Notes under the pieces: model-generated
Databases searched by the model: none
What the model was told of the DNA's origin: nothing
What the model saw: only the letters and a program-made list of their open reading frames with translations
Source of the DNA: Waterburya sp.
GTDB lineage: Bacteria; Cyanobacteriota; Cyanobacteriia; Cyanobacteriales; Xenococcaceae
Direction: 5' to 3'
Assembly (NCBI GenBank): GCA_965217895.1
Contig: CBDCJV010000002.1
Span: 3,392,001 to 3,456,000, forward strand
Length of the DNA: 64,000 bases
Shown here: positions 41,714-51,941 of the stretch, piece by piece
How the letters are laid out: every line of letters starts with the position of its first letter
How positions within the stretch are numbered: the stretch's first letter is position 1
Made by a program: the position numbers and the translations under genes

Positions 41714-42813
41714 TAATTACTTAATAACCGATCTCGAACGTACTCTATGCGACGAGCAACTTTGCTTTTAGAACTACTAGCATCCGACTTAGTAAGATTA
41801 TCAAATTCATTAGAGCCAACAAAAGATACTGATTTTGGTTTTAAATTCTTATTTTCTCTTAGTGCTAAAGCTGTTCCTACAGTAATTGATTCAAATTTTA
41901 TTCTTGTCGTTGGCTCGTATCTATCTTTCATCTTCCGATAGATATGTAAACTATGTGGTATATGAGTTTCAATAAAACCAAAAATTTGCTTAAACTCGTT
42001 TTTCATAGCCTTAGTATCTAATGCTTGAGAGTTATTTTCTTGCTCTAAATAGAGATCTAAAAACTCATGTACTTTTTTTCCTGAATAGTTATGATAATTA
42101 TTTAAAAATGCAAAAAAACGCAAAACAAATTCTTGCGGATCTCGTTTATTTATTTCAGTTGGAGTAAAAGAACATAATTCCCTAAATTGTTCATCTTTGG
42201 ATAAATCTTCAATTAAATCAAGAAACCTACCTGGTCTAATTCCTCTCCTCTTTTCCATTTCATTTAATTCAACGCTGCCAGTATTGAGCCTCTCAAAAAT
42301 ATCTCTTCTTATTTTCTCATTTGCTTTATCTGTTAATTGAATCATTCTGATCGTGCTTCTGTTAAATCTTCGTCGGCGAGATAATGGCAGATCTTCAAAC
42401 CTAAAACCATTGAGACTTCCCAATTCCTTTAGATCAGATAATTTTAGCTCATTGTTTATAAACCTTGATAGGGTACGAATACGTTGAGTACCATCTATTA
42501 TTTCTAAACGTGCTAAGTCTTCAGATTCTGTTGTATCATCAGCAAAATCGGCAACGAATATGTAAGGTATTGGTAGACCTAATAATATTGACTCAATAAA
42601 TTTTGATTGTCTATCTTCATCCCATGCCATTTCTCGTTGATAGTCAGGAATAAATAATTCATTTTCATCTTTATCTATTCCATCTAAATATTTTTTTGCA
42701 ATTATTTCTATTGGATATTCTAATGTATTGTAATCAACTGGTTTTCTCTTATCACGTATTTCCGCTTCGGCATTTTCCTTCTTCTCATTTGAAATTTCAA
42801 CTTGAGTAACCAT
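41713..42813 (-). CDS. DUF262 (GmrSD-N/ParB-like) domain protein
   Basis: PDYQR..W, FIESILLGLPIP, IIDGTQR and IFERLN.G..L...E.R. Confidence 0.9.
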   Translation of the reverse strand: MVTQVEISNEKKENAEAEIRDKRKPVDYNTLEYPIEIIAKKYLDGIDKDENELFIPDYQREMAWDEDRQSKFIESILLGLPIPYIFVADFADDTTESEDLARLEIIDGTQRIRTLSRFINNELKLSDLKELGSLNGFRFEDLPLSRRRRFNRSTIRMIQLTDKANEKIRRDIFERLNTGSVELNEMEKRRGIRPGRFLDLIEDLSKDEQFRELCSFTPTEINKRDPQEFVLRFFAFLNNYHNYSGKKVHEFLDLYLEQENNSQALDTKAMKNEFKQIFGFIETHIPHSLHIYRKMKDRYEPTTRIKFESITVGTALALRENKNLKPKSVSFVGSNEFDNLTKSDASSSKSKVARRIEYVRDRLLSN

Positions 42814-42977
42814 ATTTAAGATTAAAAAATGATTTTTGCTGCTTTACTGGTGCTTGATATTTATTATCATGCAACACTGTCTTTACTTTGAATGCCTTTG
42901 CTCTTCTGTAGTCAGCAGTAATAAAGAATTTATAGTTTGGCAATTAGCTATTTTATTAACTCATGTAAACTTATTAT

Positions 42978-43775
42978 CTACTTAAAACTATCCTCAGTAG
43001 ACATCAAGATCGAACCCTGATGTGCTTGAGGAGCAGATACGTCTTCAACAGTTATAGCAACTATCTTAATTGTTTTGGGTTCAAGATAGGGTTGAGGAAC
43101 CGCAATTTCTTGTCTAAAATTGCCTGATTTGTTGACTTGAAATACCGCAGTTAAAATAGCTCCTTTCTCATCCGAAGTATAGGGAACATCTTTGCCTACC
43201 ACTGTCCATAGAGCATAGGCTTTTTCTGGAGGTAAAGGCGGTAAATTATTAACGTCCAAAGTAGCATTTAGCCGATTTGGAGAGACAACTAACTTAGCTG
43301 TTGATTTTTTAGCTGCATCTTCGCCCTTTAATAAATAGGTAAGTCGATCGCTCTGTGTATCTGTCTGCGTATCTGTTGTTTGTGCGGTTTGAATAGATTG
43401 CCATAAACGATAGTTAGCAAAACCTAATGTCGTAATTGCAGCTATGGCGATCGCCGCTAAAATTTTGTTCCAGGGTAATCTAGACTTTGAGGTAACAGTA
43501 CTTTCTGAGTTGCTAGGGGTCAAAGGTGCTGTTGCTTCTACATTTGTCTGAGAACTAGCTGCTGTTAAAATGCGATCGCGAAGGGTTGCCGTCGGCGATA
43601 TTTCTGATGGAGCATAGGCTAGATCTAAAGCTTCTTGCATAGCTGTAACCTGCTCGCTTAAATCAGGATTTTCGGTTAGCATCTCTTTGAATAGTAAAGC
43701 TTCAGCAGGACTTAGGTTGCCTAATACATAGCCCGAAACTAATAACTGTTCGCATTCTGGAGGTAATGTTGACAT
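42978..43775 (-). CDS. Anti-sigma factor (RskA-like)
   Basis: GYVLG.L, P...LRDRIL, one TM, LPPLP...Y.LW and AITVE. Confidence 0.88.
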   Translation of the reverse strand: MSTLPPECEQLLVSGYVLGNLSPAEALLFKEMLTENPDLSEQVTAMQEALDLAYAPSEISPTATLRDRILTAASSQTNVEATAPLTPSNSESTVTSKSRLPWNKILAAIAIAAITTLGFANYRLWQSIQTAQTTDTQTDTQSDRLTYLLKGEDAAKKSTAKLVVSPNRLNATLDVNNLPPLPPEKAYALWTVVGKDVPYTSDEKGAILTAVFQVNKSGNFRQEIAVPQPYLEPKTIKIVAITVEDVSAPQAHQGSILMSTEDSFK

Positions 43776-43779
43776 GATG

Positions 43780-44379
43780 TTATGATTGCCTCCTAGAATT
43801 AGCTAGAGCCTGACGCAATTTAAGTAAGCCACGACGGGTTCTCGACTTCACCGTTCCTAATGCAGTACTTAATCTTGTAGCAATTTCTGACTGGCTTAAT
43901 CCTTGATAATACGCCATTGTTAATACTTCTCGTTCTTTGGTTGATAGCTGTTCTAAAGCCTCTAAGACTTCTTGCGATCGCTCTAGTTGAGCAACCTCTT
44001 CTATGGGACTTCCAGACAACAATTGCTCACTTTCATTTGCTGCTTGATGGCGAAGTTTTTGTTGCCTCCTAGTGCGGGTTCTGAGGCGATCTAAGGCACG
44101 CGATCGCGTTAAGATGCTTAGGTAGGTGCGTAAACTTCCTCGCTGAGGATCGTAAGCAGATTTCTTCGTCAGAATGAGAAAAATATCTTGAGTCAAGTCT
44201 TCTGCTTCGGCTGTAATAGTTAATAAATGCAGTGCTATGCCGTAAACTAAGGCAGCATGGCGATCATACAAAGTAGCTAAAGCATCAGTTTCGCCATTTT
44301 GCAGTCGCAAAAACAAATCCGCATCAGTCAGATTGAGATTGTCATCCTCAGAATGATTATTAGGTGGTACAGAAGACAT
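43780..44379 (-). CDS. ECF RNA polymerase sigma factor (SigK-like)
   Basis: AEDLTQDIF, RSRALDRLR and YYQGLSQSEIA..LGTVKSR; directly upstream of the anti-sigma gene. Confidence 0.92.
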   Translation of the reverse strand: MSSVPPNNHSEDDNLNLTDADLFLRLQNGETDALATLYDRHAALVYGIALHLLTITAEAEDLTQDIFLILTKKSAYDPQRGSLRTYLSILTRSRALDRLRTRTRRQQKLRHQAANESEQLLSGSPIEEVAQLERSQEVLEALEQLSTKEREVLTMAYYQGLSQSEIATRLSTALGTVKSRTRRGLLKLRQALANSRRQS

Positions 44380-44418
44380 ATATGAAGACGAAAGTATGAC
44401 ATTGCTAAATCATATCTT

Positions 44419-44564
44419 GGCGTTGCTTATTTAGGTAATGACGTACATAGTGATATTGTTCGTAGCTCTTAGCTATCAGCTATTAGCTATTAGCTTTTGA
44501 GTGATCTGTATTTACCAAATGAATAAGTAAAATACTGTTTCAGCATTACATATTCAGCAACGCC
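44419..44564. mobile_element. MITE (GGCGTTGCT-type TIR) immediately upstream of the sigma gene
   Basis: GGCGTTGCTTAT ... ATTCAGCAACGCC, flanked by cATATCTT / tATATCTT (about 8-bp target duplication); internal TAGCTAT heptamers. Confidence 0.75.
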
Positions 44565-44629
44565 TATATCTTTTCTTAGCCTGCTTAAATTCGATTAGGA
44601 GAGAATTACTTTTGAAGAGCGAAATATAA

Positions 44630-45096
44630 TCCTTGAGAATCAATTACAGCATGGCGTTGATGCTCTTTAACTTTTTTAAGATCATCAACGCCGCAGATTC
44701 CTCTTTTTTTGCTAATGTTTTAACACATTGATAATCCTCGACAGTAACAATCAAGTCTACTGTTTGGCTTTGATTTTGCCCGCTCTTCGTTCGCAATCGA
44801 TCGTAAATTTCTTGCCATTTTCCCTGTCGCTGCCATTTTTGACAATAAGCATATACGGTAGTGTAAAGAGGTAAGTCATGGGGCAACATTTCCCATTGAC
44901 AACCTGTTCTTTGAACATAAAAAATGCCATTAAAAATTTCTCTCAAATCAACTGCGCTTGGATGTTCAAATTTTGATTCAATTAGTAATATCTTTAATAC
45001 CTTCCACTCGGCATCACTCACATCACTTGGATAAGCTTTTCTCGTAGGTGCTGCAACTTGAGGAAGACGGCTTACTTCTAAAAATTTATTTAACAT
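44630..45096 (-). pseudogene. Degraded IS5-family transposase fragment
   Basis: YPSDVSDAEW, TGCQW..LP.D.P..TVY..W; after an A-run the shifted frame gives KKVKEHQRHAVIDSQGL, then the sequence is truncated. Confidence 0.85.
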
Positions 45097-45229
45097 CGTC
45101 TAGTTTCTCGTCCCCTAATATCAACTTTTTTTTCTTTAGAATCACTTTGTAAACTAGCTATGAGTAAAAAACAAAAATGTTTTGAATTTACCCATAGCTC
45201 AACTTAAGTTAAATCAAAAATTCTGGTGT

Positions 45230-46717
45230 TTACACAAAATCAGATGCAACTATTAAATCATCTGCTTCTGAAATGGCGGTTAATCCCTGCAAATTGAGAG
45301 GATTAATCGATCCTACTTCACCAAGACTTTTGGCAGCACCACTTTCTAAATCTATCGAATATAAAGTTGTGTTAGAAACAGCAAAAGCTGTATTATCGCC
45401 TTCTACAGCAGAAACAATGTCAAATCCACCTAGAGTATCAAAATCAATTCCTAAATCCCCTACGGTGGTTAGTGTTCCATCGTTGGGCGGATCTTGCAAT
45501 ACTAAGTCGTTTAATAAAGTATCAATACCATACAGCTCAGTTGAAATAGTGCCATCAAAAGAATTTGTGTAAGCACCAGCAGTAATGTTAGGATTTACAT
45601 CTTGATTAAAATCTCCCTCATCAAAAGCCAAAGTCCCATCAACGGTTACTTCACCAGTGTCCACGTTAATCCGCAAGTCCTGGTCATTATCCCCTACTAA
45701 ACGCAGGCGATCGGCTACAGGATTAAAATCAAAACCTGATATAGTTCCTCCCTCAAACGGCGTATCCAGAGTGCTTACATAGGTAGCTTCACCACTATCA
45801 GGATCGATAGTATAAATATCATTAGCAGTGGAAATACCGTAGATAGAACCATCAGCAGGACGAGTATCGATACCAAGTAACGTACCTTCAACTCCTGTGA
45901 CATCGGTAAACTGACTTGCACCAGGATTGTTAGAATCAAAAGAAACTAATGAGTTGTGGTCGGTTAAAGCCACAAGCTGAGAAACATCTGTTGATGCTTG
46001 TGCTTGGATTTCTCCTGCTGCTACAGGTGCAGTAATGCGAAAAGCTTCACCATTACCCAGATCGATCCCTGCTGGTGCTGTTCCCATCGCAGTTGCGTCG
46101 ATCGCCTCAGAAGTTTCTGTAGGAATTGTCAAGCCATGTATAACCACTTCTCGCTCGTTTAAGGGCGTTAAATTGTTATACTGACGCAGTTGATCTGGAT
46201 CACTGAGATCGAAGGTATAGGTAGTATCTAGATTAAACTCTGTGCCTGAAGGAAACAAATCGGCTGGATTAATTTCACCTGCTGTTGCTAAATTAAGGAA
46301 ATTAGTTAGAGGTGGTGTGCCATCTGGTGCTGATTCAATCTGTTCTGAGGTTAAATTGAGAACTACTGGGCCATAATTGGGACGACCTTCAAGGAAATTA
46401 ACAAAGCCATCTCCATCAACATCGCTATTGGCTACAGTTGGCAGAATCGAATTTACGGGTTCTCCTCCCGTCCCATCAAAAAAGCTACCGTCACCTTGTT
46501 CTAAGAGAGGCTTGTCGGCATTTCCTACAAACTGTCCGTGAATATGGGAAACGTGAACTCCACCAATACCGCTAAGATCTTCTAAGCCGCTAGCGTCAAT
46601 TTGAACTCGCAGAGTACGAGTATCTTCAGTGGGTGCATCAAGGGTTAGTGTCGCCTCGCCACTGGCATCAGAACCAAATGAACTGTTGAGTGTACTTAAA
46701 TCTACTTTGTATTCCAT
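45230..46717 (-). CDS. DUF4394 protein with N-terminal His-rich (CHRD-like) domain
   Basis: GIDTRPA, GFDFNPVADRLR, AYTNS and QDPPNDGTL; N-terminal HVSHIHG and DVDGDG; likely start MEYKV at 46717. Confidence 0.8.
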   Translation of the reverse strand: MEYKVDLSTLNSSFGSDASGEATLTLDAPTEDTRTLRVQIDASGLEDLSGIGGVHVSHIHGQFVGNADKPLLEQGDGSFFDGTGGEPVNSILPTVANSDVDGDGFVNFLEGRPNYGPVVLNLTSEQIESAPDGTPPLTNFLNLATAGEINPADLFPSGTEFNLDTTYTFDLSDPDQLRQYNNLTPLNEREVVIHGLTIPTETSEAIDATAMGTAPAGIDLGNGEAFRITAPVAAGEIQAQASTDVSQLVALTDHNSLVSFDSNNPGASQFTDVTGVEGTLLGIDTRPADGSIYGISTANDIYTIDPDSGEATYVSTLDTPFEGGTISGFDFNPVADRLRLVGDNDQDLRINVDTGEVTVDGTLAFDEGDFNQDVNPNITAGAYTNSFDGTISTELYGIDTLLNDLVLQDPPNDGTLTTVGDLGIDFDTLGGFDIVSAVEGDNTAFAVSNTTLYSIDLESGAAKSLGEVGSINPLNLQGLTAISEADDLIVASDFV

Positions 46718-46978
46718 AAAAATTAAATCTCTGGCTAATTTTTTCATAGCGAAACCTGCCCTATTTTTTAATAAATAGAACAAGCGATCGCCTTTTGCGG
46801 TCGGAAAACCCGTATGCTATCGTGGGACTCACGCTAATTGCTGTACAATCCTAAAAGGTCTAAGAGATAGATAGTATCTAGCCTGTTGGCTATTTCCTAA
46901 CTTCTATCCAACCCATTTAGCAACCTCAACTAGGATTGTTACGGCGGACAGAGATTAATTTAGCTCTGCCTGTATTAC

Positions 46979-47008
46979 TAGTACGCTTATGCAAGGCAAT
47001 TGGATTCA
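46979..47008 (-). promoter_or_regulatory. Putative ECF-sigma promoter
   Basis: TGAATCC-N16-CGTACTA, matched at 50066. Confidence 0.6.
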
Positions 47009-47036
47009 TCCAAACTTTAAATTAAGCAAAATTTCC

Positions 47037-48071
47037 CTACGATTTTTTATTTTGATGAAAAGAGATTTGCAAATTTACCGCTCTAAGATATTGTGCGATA
47101 TAGGAGAGTAAGGCATAGATAAAAATTACAATGCCCAACATTTCCAAAGATTCTTCAAATATAGTAAGTAGCGAGTACATAAAATTATTTTGCCCATGGA
47201 GTTCAGCATAATATGCACCAATCATTTCTATACCAATGGCACTACCAACATAGATAGTTCCTGCCATAATAAATAAATTTCTGGTTTTGGGGGGTAAGGA
47301 TTGAATAAATCGCCGAAATATCAGCAAAAAGATTGCTGTAAAGATTATTCCAGGAATTACCCACGCAAAATATAGTAATCCTTTTGCATTTAATAGGGGT
47401 CTTAGAAAATTAAATATCTCGTGAATGCTGGAGATTTCGTCTATTGCCAAGTACAAAAAGATTAATGATAATGCTTTCCAGTACCCTGCATAGGCAGAGT
47501 TTATTTCTTTTTTTAGATAACTGATTATAGCGAGCAAGATCGAACAAAATAACAAAGCCAAGCTGGAATATAAAGTAGGAAAATTGTTTTCCTCATTTAA
47601 CGTAAATAGCCTAGCAGCATAAGTAGCTGATGCAGATTGCTCTATAAATAAGGCATTAGAACTTACTATAAAGCCAGCAAAAATAAGACAGAAAACAATA
47701 ATTAACAGTAAACGACTTACCTTTTTTGAGGATAGTTCTAAGATTGGTAAATTTAAAGTTTTAGTTACTCTATCTAAAGCTTCAGGGTAGGCGTTAAATT
47801 CTGTATTTGTAGGTTCGCTAACAAAATCTTGTTGAATATTTTCTGACCGTTCTTGCTTGATAATTTTCTCAACAAAATAGTCTAGGGTTTTTTGTTTAAT
47901 ATTGCCTTGACGAACCAATATATCTCCAATTTTTTCTTTGGATATTTTTTGTTCTTCTAAAGCTTCAGATAAATTATCTTGAGTAATTAGATTAGCTTCT
48001 ATTAAATGGCTGCCTATTAATCTAGAGTTTTTTGTATTGTTTGGTAGATTATTTTTTTGAGTATTTCGCAT
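47037..48071 (-). CDS. Multi-TM membrane protein with N-terminal MshEN-like segment
   Basis: RLIGSHLIEANLIT..L..AL..Q..KIGDILVRQG, followed by E.NFPT, DE...HE and EE.LEM.G membrane motifs. Confidence 0.7.
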   Translation of the reverse strand: MRNTQKNNLPNNTKNSRLIGSHLIEANLITQDNLSEALEEQKISKEKIGDILVRQGNIKQKTLDYFVEKIIKQERSENIQQDFVSEPTNTEFNAYPEALDRVTKTLNLPILELSSKKVSRLLLIIVFCLIFAGFIVSSNALFIEQSASATYAARLFTLNEENNFPTLYSSLALLFCSILLAIISYLKKEINSAYAGYWKALSLIFLYLAIDEISSIHEIFNFLRPLLNAKGLLYFAWVIPGIIFTAIFLLIFRRFIQSLPPKTRNLFIMAGTIYVGSAIGIEMIGAYYAELHGQNNFMYSLLTIFEESLEMLGIVIFIYALLSYIAQYLRAVNLQISFHQNKKS

Positions 48072-48219
48072 TTATTGTGACTTTTTGGCGAAATTAAATT
48101 TTGATTAAATATTGATTAAGAATAGTTTATTTTAGTATAACTACTTTTCTAAATCAAATGGGTAAAAATGTAATTAACTATCAATATATTGTTACCTACC
48201 AAAATTAAAACTCCGTGTT

Positions 48220-48339
48220 TATAGTGTTTCTCAAATAGGTAGGGTACGCTCAACCCGCTTGTCAATTAACGATTAACGATTAACAATCAACAAAAACCAA
48301 GGTTATTGAACGTACCTTATTCAAATGAGAACCGCTATA
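48220..48339. mobile_element. TA-flanked (IS630-type) MITE
   Basis: TATAGTGTTTCTCAAATAG ... TTCAAATGAGAACCGCTATA with internal TAACGAT heptamers. Confidence 0.65.
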
Positions 48340-48522
48340 GCCCTCTTATGTCAGACTCCGAAAACTTCTGTTATTTACAAATTCTAGAGTCTTTATAAAC
48401 AGAAGGATTGCTAGATTTTTTTCTAATAATAAAAACTAAAATTACCAAATGGCTGTAATTTAATCACTGTAAGGATCTATCTCAGAAAGTGACATAAGAG
48501 GGATAGAAACGCTACTCCTGAA

Positions 48523-50010
48523 CTAATGAAAATCTGCCTCCCAAACCGCTATATAGATACGATCTTTTTGATTGCGCTGAATAATACCTTTTAAGCCACG
48601 TACTGAAAAATTATAGGTAGCTTTTTGACGACGATATACGGCTTGCAATCCTTGTTCTAAGTCAGTAGTGAGTGGTTCTGCGGCCAAAAGCGAATCTAAG
48701 GCAGAGTGGACTGTTTTAAAGTTAGTTGTAGGTGGAACTGCTATTTCTGCTTGACGCAGCTTATTTGTTTGAGTATCGAACATATATCCAATGTCGATGC
48801 CCTCGGAAACAACATTTTCATAAGACCAGGCAATGCTATTTGCCCAAAAACCTGGTTTGCGCCAAACAGGTTCTCCTAAAGCCTGAAGAATTTTGCTTTC
48901 TGAAGTCCCAGGAATAAAAATTACAGCTTGAAGAGCATTATTTTTAGGTTCTGAATTCTTAGGTTTTGAATTCTCAGTTGTCTTATCTATGGGTTCAACA
49001 TCATCATCAGTTGGGAAAAGCAATTTAGCTTGAAGGGAGTCTAAAAAGTTGATCGGTGGTCGCTCATCTAGTTCGGAGGTTAGGTAATTCAAGCCTAGAC
49101 ACACCCCAGCAAGCTGGATACCGATCGCGAAATATTTTGCCCATGATTTTAAGCGAAATTTAGGCGTATTTGTCGGCGTTAAAGATGATGTTGCTTTAGA
49201 ATACTGCAACGCTGCAAGCATTTCCCTGGCAGAAATAAATCGCTGATTAGGATTGGGAGCGATCGCACGATCAATGACTGCCATTAGGTTCTGATTAGAA
49301 GCAGTGCTTTTTTGTTGTTCAAAACTGTTTTGATTTATTTCAAAATCGAAAGTTAGTGGCGATTTCCCTGTTAAAAGATGAATCGCTGTTAAACCCAGGC
49401 TATAGAGGTCGTTATTATAAGTCGTATGCCCCATTGCTTGTTCTAGGGACATATATCCTGGTGTACCAACTATAAGTTTCTGGCGACGAGCGTTAACTCT
49501 GTGGGCAACACCAAAATCAATCAGCACTGGTAAATTATCTTTTGCCCGTAAAATAATGTTGGCTGGTTTGATATCAAGATGAACAATTCCTAAGCTGTGA
49601 ATACATTCTAAAACAGGTAATAAATTTAGTAAAATGTCTCTGGTTTCATTTTCTGATAGCTTTTGTTGCTTACGTAGTTTTTGTTCCAAGGTAATTCCCT
49701 GAATCCATTCCTGCACCAAATATAAACAGTTAGAATCACTGAAGTAATCATAAAACTGGCATATTTGAGTATGTTTTCCAGCCAATTTTTTTAATATTTG
49801 GGCTTCTTCCTCAAAAATTAGCTCTCTTGTCTGCTTTTTCTGAGCAGAAGAAAAATTTAGACACAACTGTTTGATGACGCATTTTTGATGTCCGAAAACT
49901 AGATCGCTAGCCAAAAAAACTCGGCTATGGCTACTTTGAGCTATTAATTCATGAAGATAATAACGTTTATTTAATAGTTTTTCTCTCGAATCTAAGCTCA
50001 AGCTTGTCAT
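48523..50010 (-). CDS. Hanks-type Ser/Thr protein kinase with TM and C-terminal domain
   Basis: CVIKQL, HLDIKPANI, LIDFG and GTPGYM; Gly-rich loop degenerate. Confidence 0.88.
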   Translation of the reverse strand: MTSLSLDSREKLLNKRYYLHELIAQSSHSRVFLASDLVFGHQKCVIKQLCLNFSSAQKKQTRELIFEEEAQILKKLAGKHTQICQFYDYFSDSNCLYLVQEWIQGITLEQKLRKQQKLSENETRDILLNLLPVLECIHSLGIVHLDIKPANIILRAKDNLPVLIDFGVAHRVNARRQKLIVGTPGYMSLEQAMGHTTYNNDLYSLGLTAIHLLTGKSPLTFDFEINQNSFEQQKSTASNQNLMAVIDRAIAPNPNQRFISAREMLAALQYSKATSSLTPTNTPKFRLKSWAKYFAIGIQLAGVCLGLNYLTSELDERPPINFLDSLQAKLLFPTDDDVEPIDKTTENSKPKNSEPKNNALQAVIFIPGTSESKILQALGEPVWRKPGFWANSIAWSYENVVSEGIDIGYMFDTQTNKLRQAEIAVPPTTNFKTVHSALDSLLAAEPLTTDLEQGLQAVYRRQKATYNFSVRGLKGIIQRNQKDRIYIAVWEADFH

Positions 50011-50065
50011 TTTAACTTAATCGTCCCAGCAACTTGATTAATAAAAGCAACACCTGCATTTATAT

Positions 50066-50095
50066 TAGTACGTCTAAAAACTAAAATTGGTTTCA
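50066..50095 (-). promoter_or_regulatory. Putative ECF-sigma promoter
   Basis: TGAAACC-N16-CGTACTA, matching 46979. Confidence 0.6.
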
Positions 50096-50421
50096 AGCAA
50101 AGGATTAAGAATATACAATACTTTTGGTAGACAAAAACTAGACAAAATATTTAATTTAAGCAATTTCGCGAATTTACGATGTCTTGGCTATTGGATATAT
50201 TCGGGTAAATATTAATATGACAATTTCCATGGTCGAGACATGAGTTTTGAGCAGAAATTAGACATTTACTGGCGATCGCCTTTCACTTTGATACTAGTGC
50301 CTAATTTTGTTGATAAACTAACGATAATATAAAATCAACTATGTTAACTAGCAAAACGCCTTACAGCAGATAAAGCTAATTAAAAACCAGCAGTCTCATC
50401 ATATCTAGGGATTTTAAAAAA

Positions 50422-51792
50422 TTGATTGCCAAACAAAGTTATGTTATCGCTGCCGAGGCATGGCAAGCCCTTGAATCATCTATCATTTATTATCGAGGTC
50501 GCCCTATAGGGACTTTGGCTGCTAGTGATTACAGTTCACCCTCACTAAATTACGACCAGTGTTTTGTACGCGATTTTGTTCCGGCAGCCTTGATTTTTTT
50601 AATCAGAGGTAGGTCGGAAGTCGTCCATAATTTTTTGCTGGAAACTCTAAAGCTGCAAATTAAAGAAAAACAATTAGATTTTCTCGAACCAGGCAGAGGC
50701 TTGATGCCTGCTAGTTTCAAAGTGCTGCATCAAGGAGGCGAAGAGTTTCTCAAGGCTGATTTTGGCGATCATGCTATTGGTAGAGTTACTCCTGTAGACT
50801 CTTGTTTATGGTGGATGTTTTTGTTGAGGGCTTATGTCAAAGCGACAGCCGAAAATTCTTTTGCTCATACTCCCGAAATGCAGAAAGGAATTAGACTTAT
50901 TATTGAGCTTTGTCTATCGGCAAGATTTGATATGTATCCAACTTTACTCGTTCCTGATGGGGCGTGTATGATTGACCGTCGCATGGGAATTAATGGGCAT
51001 CCTTTAGAAATCCAGGCTTTGTTTCATACAACTTTGAAATGTGCCAGAGAATTGCTTTTAGATAATCAGGAAAATGAGAAAATTCTTCAAGCAATTGATG
51101 GTCGTCTTGCAGCTTTAACCAGCCACATTCGTCACAATTATTGGCTAGATCTGGAAAAGTTAAACGTTATTTATCGTTACCACTATGAAGAGTATGGAGA
51201 AGATGCTTTAAACCAGTTTAATATTTATGCAGAGTCAATTCCCTATGCCGAATTGAGCGAATGGTTTCCCGAAGAAGGAGGTTATCTGGCTGGCAATTTA
51301 GGGCCATCCCATTTAGACTGTCGCTTTTTTGCATTAGGTAACATGATGTCAATTTTATCTTCCTTGGTCATGCGCCAACAGGGACAGATTATTATGCACA
51401 CTATCGATACGAAATGGGAAGATTTGGTCGGCTGGATGCCAATGAAAATTTGTTTTCCTGCCCTCAAGGGTAGAGATTGGCAACTACTTACAGGTTGTGA
51501 CCCCAAGAATCGTCCTTGGTCATATCATAACGGGGGCAATTGGCCAGTGTTATTGTGTTTTATGGTGGCAGCAGCAATAAAAATGGATCGTTCAGACTTA
51601 GCTAAAAAAGCGATTGAAATTGCAGCTAAACGCCTACATAAAGACGAGTGGGCAGAATATTATGATGGTAAGAACGGTCGCTTAGTCGGCAAAGAAGCCA
51701 GAAAATATCAGAATTGGACAATATCTAGCTTCTTATTGGCTCAAGATTTGGTTGATGAACCTAAATATCTTGATTGGATTTGCCATGATTAA
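50422..51792 (+). CDS. Alkaline/neutral invertase (GH100)
   Basis: NYDQCFVRDF, GLMPASFKV, CMIDRRMG and WSYHNGG.WP. Confidence 0.93.
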   Translation: MIAKQSYVIAAEAWQALESSIIYYRGRPIGTLAASDYSSPSLNYDQCFVRDFVPAALIFLIRGRSEVVHNFLLETLKLQIKEKQLDFLEPGRGLMPASFKVLHQGGEEFLKADFGDHAIGRVTPVDSCLWWMFLLRAYVKATAENSFAHTPEMQKGIRLIIELCLSARFDMYPTLLVPDGACMIDRRMGINGHPLEIQALFHTTLKCARELLLDNQENEKILQAIDGRLAALTSHIRHNYWLDLEKLNVIYRYHYEEYGEDALNQFNIYAESIPYAELSEWFPEEGGYLAGNLGPSHLDCRFFALGNMMSILSSLVMRQQGQIIMHTIDTKWEDLVGWMPMKICFPALKGRDWQLLTGCDPKNRPWSYHNGGNWPVLLCFMVAAAIKMDRSDLAKKAIEIAAKRLHKDEWAEYYDGKNGRLVGKEARKYQNWTISSFLLAQDLVDEPKYLDWICHD

Positions 51793-51941
51793 AGCTTTAG
51801 TCATTATTAAATTTCTGGCATAAATATTTTTTAGATATTTTTAATGTCAGTTTTTAATTCCTGACCTCTGACTTCTGACCTCTGACCTCATATTCAACCA
51901 AGATTTATGATTCGTGCAAAAGGTCTATTGCCTCTTATTCT

